DNA of 64,000 nucleotides from Microbotryum violaceum (GCA_001244265.2 CDLV01000004.1:3472001-3536000), one strand, 5' to 3'. Positions 20,644-40,075 are shown, counted from the first letter of the stretch. The notes: generated by a model from the letters alone, not told the origin. Made by a program: numbers and translations.

Positions 20644-23600
20644 GCAATATACCCCCTCAATGATCCTCGGGTGTAGCGCGTCCTTGCACACGCTGCTCGA
20701 TTTCGTTGGTAAGCAGCCAATTTGTTCGTCTGTTCAATGGCGTGATTGATTGAAACTATTTTTCGTGTTTTTCCTAGGGACAATGTGGCTTGGAGAAAGG
20801 TCACGTCGTGCTGGACCCAAAAGAGTGGAAGTCAGTTGAAAACGCTGTTTGCTCTTTAGCTGCTCTTGGCCTTGACAATGATGCTGCACTGTAATTTGTT
20901 GAGACCTGTACCAGCCTCCTCCGAGCTGATGATACGTCTCTTCCAATTCTAGGCTTGCCGTTCAGCAGGCCTATGACGAGGCCGATGCTCAAGCAGAGGA
21001 ACGCTTTCTACTCAACGCCGTGGAGACAGCAAATGAAAGCTTGCCGGGTCGTGCAGGTTCATTTAAGTAGCAGTTGTTCTCGTGTAGCAACACTAAACGG
21101 AACCAGCACTCCTTCACAGGCTCAAATTCTTCGGCTCCCATCCCTTCTGTGTCACGACACTTGTCAGCTTGCGCTTGATCTGAAAAGCTTGATCGAGCAC
21201 CGTTGGGCCCATCAATGTGCCCACCTCAAGGCTGTCCTACTCAAGGGAAGGCACGGCGCCCCCACCTCGACTGCCCAAGATTTCGATCCCACATCAAAAG
21301 CAAATTGTCCGAGCACGGTGAAGTGCACTCCAGTGTCCTCCGAGGCTTAGTGCAATCAATGGGTGCAGCCCATCTCGAAGCCATGTCAGGAGTCGCGAGG
21401 TCCATTCGTTGGACAGAACAAGGGACCTTCAGTCGCTTTTCGACCGCAAACGAGACAGACAACATAAGATACATCAAAGACGGACGTAAAGAAGTGAGCT
21501 ACAATTGTGTGCTGTGCACATATGGCCCAGAAAGTGCTCATCAATAATGTTCATTCTTGCCCAGGTACGGATGCAATTGCGAGCAAAGCAATACACGGTA
21601 TTTGCCAAGATCCCAACATTTGGGTTGATTGACGGAAACATCCTGTCAGCCATGCCTTTGAAAATCAGCTCTCTTGTCTGCTTCAGATTGAAACGAGGCA
21701 TCATACCTGGCAGTTGTGATGCCAGCAACATAGGAGAAGAACAATTGTCCATTGCATCAGCAACTTTGCCACTCGCGCTTTAGTGAAATTTAGTGAAATT
21801 AGCGCACTTTTAGTGAAATTTAGTGCACTTTCTATAATCTCCGGTGGGTCACTAAATGACACCTAAAAGGCACTTAAGTGCACTTATAGTGCTTTTGCAA
21901 CAACAACCTGATTTCGGTGCTATTATGTGTATAAGCGCGCTTGAGCGATCGATGCCTGGTAGTACTGGTACATGCTTGCATTCCACTCATAATCACAGTG
22001 CTGAGTACTAGGCTACTGCCAGCCAAACAATCTATTCTGAGTCCTCTTCTTACGTATCATTCGGCACCAACTGTGCCCTGTGCCTAAGTGCCAAGCCTGC
22101 CTCGAGCGAGTCTTTGGCCACTGCTTCGCCACCTGAAAACGGAAGCATAACCCCCCCCCCCCCTCCCGGGGGAAACAACTTGTGTATGTCGCAACAACTG
22201 GTGATTGAGACTCACCTGAGAACTCCGCAATTGGGGCATCACCTTTTCAAGAGACACACGCGCCTATTGATGGGACCAGTAGACGAACGTTATGTCGAAT
22301 GTTACAGGGATGAAACCGATATCCGCGGAAAATCTCTCGACTCACCGCAACTTAAGCGTAAGATACTACACCAAAAGCCAGGGGTTGGTTGTCCGGCTGC
22401 GCCGCATTGAGAGGCCACCTTTTGGCTCTTGGCGCAAGCTGCGAACACGGCGACGAGATCGTTCAACAGTGAGTTTGACAGGTCGCCTGACTTCCGGCCG
22501 AACTGGAAATCTCTCTGCAGTAATGCAAATACTTACTAGCCATTTCCTGCTCTGGACAACAGTATAACCTCTTTAAGATCACCCTAAAAGTGTGGCCACA
22601 GCGAAGTTCCAAGAACCCCTCCAAAGATGGTCAGCATTGCCAAGATGTGACGTGCGCCTCAGTCTGCTTCGTGTTCGGTTGACCGCGCATTGGTCCCGCC
22701 GGTCGCTGGCGGTGTCTTTGCCGGCGGCTTGTAACGCTTCAGCCATACCTTTCAATGACTGTGCCATACGGTCGATAGCCAGGGGCAGATTGAAAGGTGA
22801 TGGTGGAGGCAAGAGGCAACAAGGGATGGGGATTGCGAGCGGTGGCAGTGAGTGGGAGGAAGGAAAAGTAGGCTCGCGATGGCGTGTGGACGTGGTAAAC
22901 AACACGCGGCCGTGGCCTAATGCGAGTGACTTGGCCGTGACGGCGCTTGCGCCCACGTCCTGGCGAAGGCCCGATTCGCGCGCCAGTTGAGTCGGCGCGC
23001 TGCGCGCGGCGACTCGCGCCTTGCTCCCAAAATTTGTCTAAGTCCCACTCTGTCCGTAGGCGCAAGAGGCGCATTTCCTTCTTACGTCGCCGCACAGCGA
23101 CTACTGCAATCTACGACACTCGGTTGAGGATGTTTTACAACCGGATCTTGGGCAGGTGCTATTTTGAGAAATAGAAATCACACCGGCATGGAATATCCAG
23201 AATGTTGTGGACATCTGGAACAACCAGTTGACTTTAACTTGTGAGCATGTGATCGCTTTGGGAGGGTATTTAGCATCAAAATTCTACGTGATCCGAGAAC
23301 GCCTCAGAGTCGCGGGAAAGGGAAAGGGAGGGCGGCGCAAATGGATCTGTCAGAATAGCCCCTGTCATGAGTGCTCAATTGAATCATCAGTATAGCTTCA
23401 GTTCTGGTAGGAGAATATTTTGCAATACTGCAAACATGTGTCGAGAGCAAATCATGTCTTTATGTATCTATTGCAGGTCGAGTACTTGGTATACTGATAC
23501 CTAGAGTTGGTAATAGGAAGAATAGCAACCAAGGTCTTGACATTGTTACACCTCACCACAGCACTCCCCCAAATTTTAAGTGTCAACTTCATCAAACTTT

Positions 23601-24470
23601 GCTAAGTTCATCAAACAGTGCCAATTTGAGTGCCATTTTGTGCCATTTTGCGCACTTTAGCGGTTTAGCGGCTCGAGATTTATTTAGTGCCATTTAGCAA
23701 AGTGGCAAAGTTGCTGATGTGGACTTGGTTCGTGCATCTCACTGTAGCTAGCTTACTGCTTTGCAGAGTGACTGGCATCGATTTTACCTCTTGTAGTACG
23801 TTACATGTATGCCAAGGCCACGTCAAATCATTGTGACAGAGCGGATACCGACTCCCTCGCATTACTCTCGAATGTTGTCCTCCAAGAATGGCGAGTTGTG
23901 AGCAAGGGCCGTTATTCAACGCATATGATGGACGGCACGACTCGCTTCTTTGGACTCGATGCTCGACAAATTATTCAATCCTTGGAATCATCCTCGACGC
24001 CCGCGCTCACTCTCGCACCACTGGATTCAGTTGCATACCTCGGGAGCGTGTCTTCGACTTAAGCCAGCAGGCTGAGGCAAGGTTCTATTTTCTTCGACGC
24101 TGCAACGGATTACGGAACGCTTCTGTGTCCTTGAATAATGAAATGAAGGGTGTGAAAGTTGTAGGGTCAAAAAGGAAGGCAGCAAGTGCAGGTGAGGAGC
24201 CCTCGGCCAAGCAGAACCGAACCGGCTGACACGCGCGCGGGCTCCGCCGATTCGGCCCGAGCGAAAAACGTCCGGACGGCGTTTTCGCGATTTTTGGAGA
24301 TGTTTTAGAGCATTTAAAGCAATTCTAGAGCTATTTTTCGAGGCGCGTAGATCGACTGGACATTTTGGGGACCTTTTTGGCCGAAAAATCCAAAAAACGG
24401 TGGACAAATGAGGTCCAAAATCGGCGATTTTGGCACCTACGCGCCTCAGGCTGGGCTTTCATGGGTCCTG
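20644..24470 (+). mobile_element. 3' remnant of the P-like TIR family; inverted near-identical copy of 54103-55947
   Basis: Ends in TIR ...CTGGGCTTTCATGGGTCCTG (24470). Encodes VHSSVLRGLVQSMG..ARSIRWT, homologous to VHSRVLKGLVQSMG..ARSFRWT at 37817-38068. Confidence 0.85.
21755..23719. mobile_element. Non-autonomous TIR element (1965 bp), probably CMC-type
   Basis: Perfect 19-bp TIRs CATCAGCAACTTTGCCACT with a 2-bp TG duplication. Absent from the paralogous copy (empty site near 54838). Subterminal TAGTG repeats. Confidence 0.92.
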
Positions 24471-24891
24471 GGCTTACGAGTTATCGGCGCGCTTGGCCCA
24501 GTTGCCGGCCATTTTGGGGTGGTCCCTGTAACTTGGCAAGTAGGCGCATTCATGCAAAAGTGAAGAACCCTGTTTTTCTTTATGCTCTAAAAATGACATC
24601 ACCCAAGTGGCGAGAGCTTTCATAAGCTGTGGGTGGAGCTGCAGCGATCCGAAGTCTGCGATTTCGGTCGATCGGGCCCCAGATGGTCCGAGCGCATCGT
24701 GTAATTGGCGCTCTCATCATCGGCGAGCCTGCTCCGTTCGGCTTCATCCCTTTCCGTACGCTTCACTGCTTTCCTCTTTTTACGAGGATCGTCGGCCAAG
24801 TCAAGCGCGACAATATCTGAAACCGAAAATGTCGCGAACAAGCAGACGCCATACCTCATCAACTTGCCAGAACAACCGCCGCGAAGCCGTA

Positions 24892-25230
24892 CACTGAGGG
24901 CCGTAGAGAGCGGGGAATTCCACCCTCGGAGGGAATACCCGAGGTCTCGTCTGGTATTTACAAAAGCGCGCTTGGGTAATACCCGACAGCCTGGTATTTT
25001 CAGGGCGCAGGGTGTTATTCCACGCGCGCGCTGATTTTACCCAAGCGCGTGGTAATTCCAGCCGTCACTTGGGAATACCAGGCCGTCGGGTATTACCCAG
25101 GCGCCTGGGTATTTCCAGGTCGCGAGGTGATATCGCCCAGGCCGAAGGAGATTCTGCCCAGGCGCGTGGTAATACCAGCCGGCACCATTATTACCCTCGC
25201 CCGGTGGTTTTCCCAGCCAGGTATGGTATT
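24892..25230. repeat. Candidate DNA-transposon end: CACTG followed by a GGTAAT(A/T)CC / GGTATT motif array
   Basis: Repeated short motifs in both orientations; no partner end found. Confidence 0.45.
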
Positions 25231-27688
25231 GTCCACTTATATATTGGATCTAGATCCTAGTCATACCGCTACTCTCAGCTGTCTCAGCATGAGCCAAATG
25301 ACTTCTAGCCTAGCAGATGGAAAACAGCTGGGAATGGATTACAAGTTCAAGAAATTGGGCCGAGCTTCGTCCTCCAATCGGTCAAAAATATACTCGCGAG
25401 GCTCCTCTCGAGTCTCGACCCACCCTCCGATAGATGCGACCAGCTGAGCCTAAGATGCAGCGCAGATCTATAATCTCGATCGCTCCCAGAGTTCCTTGAC
25501 CTCGAGTGAAAAACAAGTTTTGGTGCCTCTGCGCACTGACAACAAAAACAGCCTTTCTTTTTTGCCGCCTTTGCGCTGGCTTGGCCACCGGAGTCCGCTC
25601 AATAGCGTCGACAGCTTCCAATCGACTTAGATTAAGAGACCTGATCTTCCCTACCAGGAAAGTCTGTGGAGTGAGAGGCACAAATTAGCGATTATACGTG
25701 AGTCGTCGCCGTCGTCGTCGTCGTCGAATGGGAGCGAGCTACTAGAGCTGGAGCGGTCCTCGTATTCCAGGTCAGGAGACACCATTCCCCAATCAAATGC
25801 CGCGTCAAACTGTTGTGTCTCGTGAAATCTTCTTCGTCCAATCCTAGCGCTTGGTCCTCCCCATTGATCCCCGACCGAAGTAGCTCGCTCGGACTCGTGA
25901 TCTCCTTGAGGAGAGTAGGGACCCTTGGGACTGGTGGGCACTCCATATTCCGCTTCGTTTGTGGCTGATTGTGGTGGCGAGCGACTTGCAAACCAACCAG
26001 GAGTTGGTAAAGGGGGCTGGAACGATTGGGCCTCAGGAGCAAGCAACGTTGGAGGTTCCGATGGCTGCCGCGAGAACTCGAGGATAGCAGTTGCGTCGGC
26101 TCTGGCAGAGTCAACAGGTTGTAGGCGTTTGTGGCGGTAGAACTAGTGTCGCTCTTGATACCATTGCATCATTGCACAACGAACAATGGCATAGGCGAGA
26201 AGACTGGTTGCGTGTCATGGTGGCGCAATCGATTGGTTAATTACCGTGAGACGTGAGACTGAAGAGCAACGAACGACGCTAAGTCCGGCAGGCCATCCGG
26301 GACATTAGGGCTACAGTAATGCGCAATACGAGCAGCGATTAGGCAGATTTGATTATGTACGCTGAAGAATGGCGCTCCGCGCGCTTCTTTCCTTCTTTCG
26401 CCTTCGATCCACTTGTGCCCACGTCGAAGCTCAACCCTCCCTGCCTACGTCTTCCTACCATGACACGAACACTGTTGACCACGGCAAGACGTACAACAAG
26501 GATGGACAAGTCGAACGAACCACCGCATGAATGACGTCCACGTGTGTACAGAGATCTGGAATCTTTGCGGTCTGCGTCTGCACCGCCACAGTTGAGGGAA
26601 TTTGCTGACGTGTTCTTTTTCAACCCCGCCGCCGTCCTTCACCATCGGCCCACTGCGGCTACCTGTCTTCTTGTTTCTTCCACGTTGAAAAGACAATACG
26701 TCGAAAAGACAAGGGTTCTATGAGCCTGCGCGAGTATACTATACTTGGGTTTGCGTGAGTACCGGCGGCTCAACGATCGGGGCGAGACGCCATTTCGTCG
26801 ATCTGACTCCTCAATGCTCACCATCTGCGTGATGTCCTTCGACCAGTCGGTTGTACGGGATGCACTAGTAAAGTCAGAAATCACCACACCTGAGCCCATC
26901 AACCTTTATGGTCGGCATGTGGACTCCAGACTACCACACGCCTAAGGAGTTCAACCTCAAGGACGCGCTCAAGCTCATTCAGGCCAAAACGCAAAGCAAC
27001 ACCACTGTGTGGGGACGTCTTGGACCTGCAAAACAACGAGATATCGTCAAATATGTGAGTTGCGTAGAACCTGCCAGTCTTGTACGGAGCGTGCGCTTGC
27101 TCGGGCACTCACTTGTCATCCTCTTTCAGATTTGTGAGCGCACGGCTTTCTTAAGGGTCACATTGGGCGACTGGCTCTATGAAGAACTTGTTATTGATGC
27201 GTTGGCGAATGTCCTGAGCCGCGTATAGACTGCAGTACGACCGTGAGGCCTGTCGGTTGGCGGGAATCATGGGACGGCTTTTCAGGGCGGGCATCACAAG
27301 ATTGCTCAACGAGCTAGGCGTAGGATCGCTCTGAAGGTTAGTCACTATTCTCGATTGAACAAGAGGCCCGGGTCAGTTAAAATCGACGAAGGAGGCAAAC
27401 GCTAAACAATCTTCTCGCATTAGCCAGAACACCATCACCAGGCGGGTTCGCCGCAGAGAAGAAAGCGAGGAAGAGCAGTCTCGGGTAGAGGAAGAGGAGG
27501 AAGAATAATTAGAGCCAACTAAAGGGTATAAGAAACGGGCAAGAGGAGCGGCAGCCGGAGCTTCGGGCGGTTTAGATTTTGATCAATCTGACAATCCAGA
27601 CAAATGGGAGGAGCCTGTGACGGACGTGGACACTCAGTTTGCTGCTTTGTAGTGTACCTATATCATAATACAGTAGAAAACCCTGCAT

Positions 27689-30445
27689 TGAAAAACTACA
27701 ATTCGGATATGAGCATTAGTAAATTCGAATACAAGTATTAATTCGAAGTAAATTCGAATATGAGCATTAGTACTACAAATATGACACCCATTACAAAAAA
27801 CCAACACCTCCCCTGACGAGCTACGGCTGTGAGCCCAAGGTGTTCCATGAAATGCTCGTGCTTGGCCTTGCCCAGACCCTTGGTCATGATGTCGGCAACC
27901 ATGAGATTCGTCTCAACCCAGCGAATGTCGACATGGCCATCGTCTTGCACCGTCTGGAAAGGTGATATGCGACCGAGATGTGTTTCGTCGTTGTGTGCGA
28001 AGTTGGATGCTTTGAGAGCGCGATGGCACCCGTGGAATCCGCTCGAATGATGGTCGGACCAACGCACGGGAATCCAAGTGCGAATAACAGTGAGCGCAGC
28101 CACATGACTTCTCTGCACGTTGACGAAATGGCGACGTATTCGGCTTCGACAGACGAATGAGCCACGCCAGTTTGCCGTCGGGCCGACCAAGTGATTGCGC
28201 AGCCCGCCATCTGGACAACGTGGCCCGAGACGGAAACCCGGGATGACTTGTCGCCAGCGTGATCGGCATCGGAGTACGGCACAATCTCGGTTCCAAGGTC
28301 CCGATGATAGACGAGGCCGAGAGACACCGTGCCCTTGAGGTAGCGGAGTACATGCTTGGCGCGAGCGATGTGTTCGGCTTGAGGATCGGACATGAAACGA
28401 GCGAGATGAGCCACCATGAACGACAAGTCGGGACGAGTGCACCCAGCGAGCCAGAGAAGCTCCCCGACAACGCTGCGATATGGGAACGAGGTGTCCATGA
28501 CATGACCAGACGGCGAGTAGCTGTCCAACCACGGTGTCGATGCAGGCTTGCAATCCGTGAATCCTCAAGTTGCAAGAATGGACTCCGCAAGGTGACGCTG
28601 ATCCATGCGAAGCTCCCCCCGCGTCTCGTCGACCGTGATTTTCATGCCAAGGAACATGTCGACCTCACCTTCCCGAAGCTTGAACCGTGCACCGAAAGCG
28701 AGAAGGAACTCCTCGATGTCATCGTCGCCCGTGATGATGCCATTGTCGACATACATCGCCAGCAAAAGAGTGAGAGACTTGCCCCCAACCTCGCGAACAC
28801 GATGATACATTCCAAGGTCTTCCTCGATGCGTACGAAACCGTGACTCTTCATCAATTCATCGTGTAGTGTCTGATTCTAATCGTGACTGGCTTGCTTCAG
28901 ACCGTAAATCGAACGACGAAGGCGATGGACTGTCTTGTCCGGCAGCTGGATCCAAACTTGTTCCGAGACATCCGCATTGAGATACGCGTTGTTGACATCG
29001 AATTGTTGGCGTCGCCAGCGATGTACATGCGCTAGAACGTTCAAAATGCGTACCGAAGCGATGCGGGCGGTAGGAGCGTACGTGGTTCCGTAGTCTCCCG
29101 GCTTTTGAAGATCGCCCCGAGCGACAAGTCGGGCTTTGAAAGTGAGTACCTCCCCTCGATAGTTGCGCTTCTTCAGGAGGACCACCTTGGTTGGGATTGC
29201 CCTTCGTCCGACTGGTGGCTGAGACTCCTCCTTGTCCCAGGTGCCCATGCCCTCACGGTTGGACAGCTTGCATGCATACGCAACACACCATTGTTCCCTA
29301 TCCGGACCATTCATTGCTTCGCGGAAAGTGGGCTCGTCCGGGTTGCCAGTCTAAAGCTTGTAGCAGTCTCCAACAATGTGTTTTGTGTCAAGATCGCCGA
29401 CGACGTCCGCAAGAGGTGTCCAGCCACCGTCACACCGGGAGAGATCGATGTGACCCACGAGAGGTAACCGGTGGCAGTCATCGTCGAGAAGATCGGCGAG
29501 TTCAACGAAATCTCCATCGTCCACAATCGGTCGGTGACGAGTGTGTAATACACCCCGTAGGAGTGCACACCGGAGCGACAACGATAAGATCACAGGACCA
29601 AAGTATGTAGGATTGACACTGGACACTCTACGTTAGTCGCTACTATGACAATGCCTTCTGATACACTTGGGCTCACCTGGACACTCTACGTTAGCTGCTG
29701 AGGAGAGACTAAGAGTGCCCAGGTGCGCGTCTCTTCTCCTAAAGGTCAGGCGCACGGGCCTTACAGAGTGCCCGGGATCGCACCCCAGCGGTTGGCTAGT
29801 TCCGCAGTGCGCTCCCCCGTGGGTATAACATGCTCATATCCCGGTTGGGGCTGATCGTCGGGGTCGTCATCGTGAGCTTCGTCCAATTCTTCCTCAGGTG
29901 CTTCCTCCGGAGCTGGCACAGCAACGGCGGGTTCATCGTCCGGACGATCGAGGCCTTCAAAAATGTCGATTGCGACGGGAGGGGCGGGTGCAACAACCTT
30001 GCGCCCAAAACTTCGCTCGTAGAAACGCGCGTCGGAAGACTGAATCAAACGGCTATTATCGTGTCGAATGAAAAGCCATCCGAGTGGGCTGTAGCCGACG
30101 AACGTGCACAACACGCCTGGAGGAGACACTTTTGACTGCCGAGCATGCGAGAGCAAGTTGACCGTGGCGTTGCATCCCCAAACCCAAAAACGGTGAACAT
30201 CAGGGATCCGACCGTGATAGAGCTCGTACGGCGACTTCCCCCCGGCATTTTCTCTCGGAGAGCGCCGGTTCAAGACGTAGGCGAATGCTTGGGCAGCGTC
30301 ACACCAGTAGGAGGTTGGCAAGTTCGAGTGAGCAAGGCACGATCGCATGCCTTCGAAAAGGGTCCGCCAGTATCGTTCAACAATACCTTGCTGATGGTGC
30401 TCGTAAGGGACCATGACGATGTGCTCAATGCCCTTCGCAGCCAAA
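27689..30445 (-). mobile_element. 5'-truncated Ty1/copia element (integrase C-terminus, RT, RNase H, 3' LTR)
   Basis: [25 protein letters not shown] and YSDADHAGD motifs. PPT TCAGGGGAGG then TGTTGG at 27806. The far end of the LTR is uncertain. Confidence 0.88.
29544..29765 (-). mobile_element. Gypsy solo LTR (diverged relative of 36230-36453) inserted in the copia remnant
   Basis: TGTAA..TTACA ends; TSD GAGTG (29539-29543, 29766-29770). Confidence 0.95.
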
Positions 30446-30611
30446 TGTAAGCCCCGTGCGCCTGGGCCTTATGAGAAGGGAGCGCGCGCCTGGACACTCT
30501 TAGTCTCCCCTCAGCAACTAACACGAGTGTCCAGTGTTAATTCCACATACTTTGGTCCTGTGATACTCTCGTCGTCGCTCTCTGGTGTACACTCCTATGG
30601 GGTGTATTACA
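30446..30611 (+). mobile_element. Gypsy LTR with an internal 58-bp deletion and non-matching flanks
   Basis: Reverse complement of 36230-36453 minus the segment between its internal direct repeats. Flanks are CCAAA and GCCTC. Confidence 0.92.
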
Positions 30612-31389
30612 GCCTCCGCCTCTTTGACAAGCAGATTGCCGAGTACGGCAAGGTCCTCCTTTGCCGCACTCATTACATCGGCAAGACTAGGCACATCTCT
30701 GGGGTGTATGACTTTGTTCTTGCCCTCGAGGACCCAAACAAATTGCCTCCTGCGTCCATCTCCATTGTACGCGACGGCATGACCGAGCAAATCCTGCTCA
30801 GGATCACCGGTGGCATGCGCCACTGTGTTTTCTGCCGCTCCGCAGCCCATGTCCGTAAGGACTGCCCCGTCGCCCCGGCGTGCAAGTCGTGCGCAAGCAC
30901 CTCGCACGCCAGCCAGCATTGCCCGGGCCGCCGCCTTGCGTCAAGCCCCCAGGGCACTCCCAAGTCACGTCCAGCGCAAGCCTCCACCGTGACCACAGCC
31001 CCCCGGCCTCCAAGTCGATCCCTGCACCACCCACGCCCGACGCGCGTCGAAGACCAAAAAACGTCGAGTGGACCCTGACCAGGACCTGGCTGCCCAGCCT
31101 CAAGATCCATCCAACAGGGCTCAGCCCGAACCCCTGTCGGGGACGCCTCGCCCTGAGTTCTCCTTCAATCCCCCCCCCCCCCCAACTCCGCCCCCCTGCC
31201 CGCCTCCAACCAGGGAACTGCCCCTCCCCTCGTTGAAAAAATCCTCCGAGTCCCCCAGCTCGGAGACGACCCCTCCGCCCCCAAGCCCTCCCCGGCCACG
31301 CCAACGCCAAAGATGATTGTCACTTGTTCCCAGTTGATTGCCGTCCTCTCCACGCCAGCCACTCGTGAAGACCCTCCCACTACGGAGGC
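30612..31389 (+). pseudogene. LINE ORF1 (gag-like), C-terminal half
   Basis: Two CCHC knuckles ([28 protein letters not shown]) and a Pro-rich tail. Confidence 0.7.
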
Positions 31390-36453
<5,064 letters not shown>

Positions 36454-36936
36454 GAGGCCCTCTACATTGGAGAAGAAGCCAGAGAGGGTGCATTGAACTA
36501 CACCAGTAGTGGCTGAGAATAGTTTCTTGACTTGGCACAAGGTCTTTCCAACAGTCAGACCATTTGCAACCAGGCCGGCGATGTCGGCGTCCTTAGGGAA
36601 TCAGATGCCGTGTTGTCCCTTGATGACACAGGGCATGGCGCCTGCAAGGGACGGGTAGTGGTGATCGAGTGTTGAGAGCACTTTCTCAGAGGTGGTCGCG
36701 GGAGGAGTCTTGATGATTACACAGTTGGCAATGTTGTGAATCATTGGGTGGGAGGCAACAGTGGTTGTGGTAGCGGGGGTGGCGTTGGTCTTCGCATGGG
36801 AACGGGCGGAGACGGCGGCCGCGGAGTACGACTTGGTTCGGGCGGTGGCGGTGACGCCGGTGGGGTCGGGAGGACGATTAGGTGCTATAGCACCGGGGGT
36901 GGCATTGGTGGTGTCGTTATTGTTGTGGTTGTTCAT
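36454..36936 (-). pseudogene. LINE ORF1, N-terminal half
   Basis: RPPDP..KSYSAAA N-terminus. Joins in frame to the 30612 half across the GCCTC duplication (..NVEG-L-RLFDKQ..). Stop codon at 36601. Confidence 0.7.
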
Positions 36937-37159
36937 GCGTGGCTCGGTGCGGGTGACTCCACGTCGCCTGGCCGTTGAAAGGGGAGACTCCTTTCGGTGA
37001 ACTGTTCAAAAAAAAACACGAGACGAAGTGGTGATATCAGGTGATAACTATTGAGTGATTGGTTCTGGCTAAGAGAGTGTAAGAATCTCCAAAAGTTTTC
37101 GCTCCGCAAGGCCAAGAAGGGTTGGCCGTGCCTGCCTGCGTGTTGAGCCCGCGCGTACG

Positions 37160-37224
37160 CGCCTTCGCGATTTTGGCCCATCTGAGGCCCACAATTTGTC
37201 CAGTCGGGTACTACGCGCCTCAGG
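37160..37224. repeat. Truncated 5'-type end of the P-like family abutting the next TIR
   Basis: Matches about 56710-56773 but lacks the terminal 19 bp. Confidence 0.8.
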
Positions 37225-40075
37225 CAGGACCCATGAAAGCCCAGCCTGAGGCGCGTAGGTAAAATCCGGGAAGATCGCTGATTTTGGACCTCATTTGTCC
37301 ACCATTTTTTGGAATTTTCGCCCAAAAAAGTCCCAAAAAGGTCCAGTCCATCTACACATGCAAGCGCGAAACTTACGGCTGCCGTAGGGCACAACTTGCC
37401 AAAACAGAAAAGTGTGTCTGCAAGGACCAAAGTAATGTTGGCTTCCTTTTGATTTCAATCAGCATGATTGAAATTAGTAGCTTTTTTTGCTGTGTGGTCC
37501 AGTGTAAGGCCAGCCCCTTCACAACTGGACTACACACAGAGTTCCCTTGCGTCTTAAATGGCTTGCTTCTGATTCCGCATCCATTCTTCTCCATAAACAG
37601 TTTGATCGCCGCTGAGTGAATGCATGCCACACTTGAGGCCAAAGCAGATCAGAGATCCAATCTCCAATGGTGTGGCAGCGGTTACAGCTCCGTCAAGCGA
37701 TCCAAAATGAGGACAGCGTTGTGCTAGCGCTCCATACTGCTTGTCTCTCTCAGGGAGCTTTTCCTAAAAGTATAGGACCGGCAAAACATTAGATCCAGCT
37801 GCCTTCGTTCCTAAATTCAGCAACAACTCACTTGAATGTGGCCGTCCTCAATATAGGCGTTCTTCTGAATCTCGTTTGTTGTGAGTGCTTGGGCCACCTG
37901 GCCACCTCCAGTCCAGCGAAAGCTCCTTGCGGTGCCCGCAATGTCTTCGAAGCGAGATGGTCCCATGGACTGCACCAACCCTTTCAAGACGCGTGAATGT
38001 ACTGCACTGCGTCCTTGCTCTGTATTGCTAATCTCTAAGCCTGCCTCTCCGCGACTTGTGTCGCTCAATTACATTGGCCTCCCTTTGAGTAGAACAGCTC
38101 TGAGGTGGCTACACTCATGAGCAGCTCGATGGGCAATCAAGCTGGCCCAGTTCAGCGAGAAACTGGTATCGCGAGCATCAACAAGAGGCGGAAGCTTCAA
38201 GTGTGTAGGCTGTATAGTACCGAAGATGCATGAGCTCAGATCGAAATTACGCTAGTTGAGCTTGGTAGACGCACGATTGGACGTAATGAGCTGTTTGCCT
38301 TCTCAATGGTCTCAAGTACGTAGCGTTCCTCAGCTTGTCTATCAGCTTCGTCGTAAGCGATTTGCACGTCGAATCTGGCCAATGAGAAAGGAAAACAATA
38401 TGAGGTCCGGATTAATAGGTAGAAGAACGCTTCAGCCCACGTGGCACAGAGAAGTGTCCACTCACAAGGCTGCCTCAACGTCAAAGTCCAGAGCTGCAAG
38501 CGATCGAATTGCATGGTCGACAGCTTCCCGCTCGTTTGGGTCCAGTTTCACAACACCTTGGCACGTGCTACGCCGCATGCCATCAAGAGCAGAATCCAGC
38601 AATTCGGTGCGGAGCAGACCTTGATCTTCCTTGGTAGGATGATGGTCTTCAAGATCTACTTCAAGTGGGCATGGTATCCCGTGTCAGATACGCATCACTT
38701 ATTGACCAAGTCGTTCGCAACTCCATACCTTGAACTGTTGTGCCACGGGCGAGTACGTCCTCGACGAGTATGTCAGGTTGCGGACCTTGGTTGCGTCTGT
38801 TGGACGCGATGCGTTGCACAGGCTCCCACATGCGTAAACCTGAAAGCAGTTCACGCGCAGTATTTGCCGCTGCAAAACTGGTGAGAGAGATGTCGCCATC
38901 ACTGGGGAACGTTCGCATCGCAACAAGGTCAAGATCGTCGAGGTCGTTGTAGGTATGATGGTAACCTTGACGTGATCCCACCGCCTCGGTCTTAAACTTC
39001 CTCATGAGCTCCAAGAGTGCAGTGACTTTGCCAGTTGCCTGTCGGATTCTAGCCGGGTTAACTACTGTATAGATTAGATTGATTCATGAAGAACGCACCT
39101 GCAAGAACTCTAGAGCATCGAACTCCTTTACAATCTGGCGTATACCCCCGAAGAAGTGCTCCACCATTTCTGTGCCATGCCGCCAGGGAATGAACGATTC
39201 CTTTGGCCAAAAATCTCGGTAGTTGCGGACGAGAGCAATCGTTGAGTCAACCATCTTCCTGAACCCATCAAGCGTTTCTTTGGCGAGGAACGAGTGAGAG
39301 CTAGATCCGGGGCGACTTCGGACAAAGTCATACCACGCCTCGAACGTATATCTGACAACGAGCAACATCCTGATACGTTCAAGGGGCTGAAGCGACCGGT
39401 TCTGGATGGCATCGTGTAACTCGCCACATAAGAAGAGATATACGACCGCATCGGGGTCGAGTTTTTTGTCTTCAGCGAGTTCGGTTACGAGTTCGAGCGT
39501 CGCCTTGGAGAATGCCCGATGTGTTGCATTGTCGTCTTGACGATCACGCCCGACCACATCACGACGAGACAGAGTACGACGCGACTCCAGTCCGCCCAGG
39601 ATGGTGAGCATATCCTGGTAGGCAATGCATCCGAGACCACCGAACAGCAATCTTGCTCCAGAGTCGATAGCGTTCCTCAGACATTGGGCCAGGTGTTTTT
39701 CGTCCCGACAAAAAACTATCGGCGTTCCCGCGACGTTGACGGTCGATATAATGATTTCAGGAAACACTTCGCCCGGATCTGGGGAGGGAGGGTGTATGAT
39801 GACGCGTTCCTTGATCCGGTTTGAGCAACAGCGCCACCCTGATCGCGCAGAAGGACGGCAACATTACGTTGCAGCACACCCTCGCTTGCCGCACCATCTG
39901 CGGAGATGGATACCAGAAGGTGTGCGACGCAACGTTTTATTAATTCTTGTATCACTGAATGTAACTGTTCGGTCACGTCCTCCGCGTTCGTAGTTTCGCC
40001 GATCACAAAACCGGCACACACCTGTGCTGGGGAGCCAACATCGTTCGGTGCTATCATGTAAGCTCGGATCTGAAT

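Noticed and set aside
22114-23395. ORFs inside the 21755-23719 element
   Set aside because: Short, overlapping, and without recognisable motifs.
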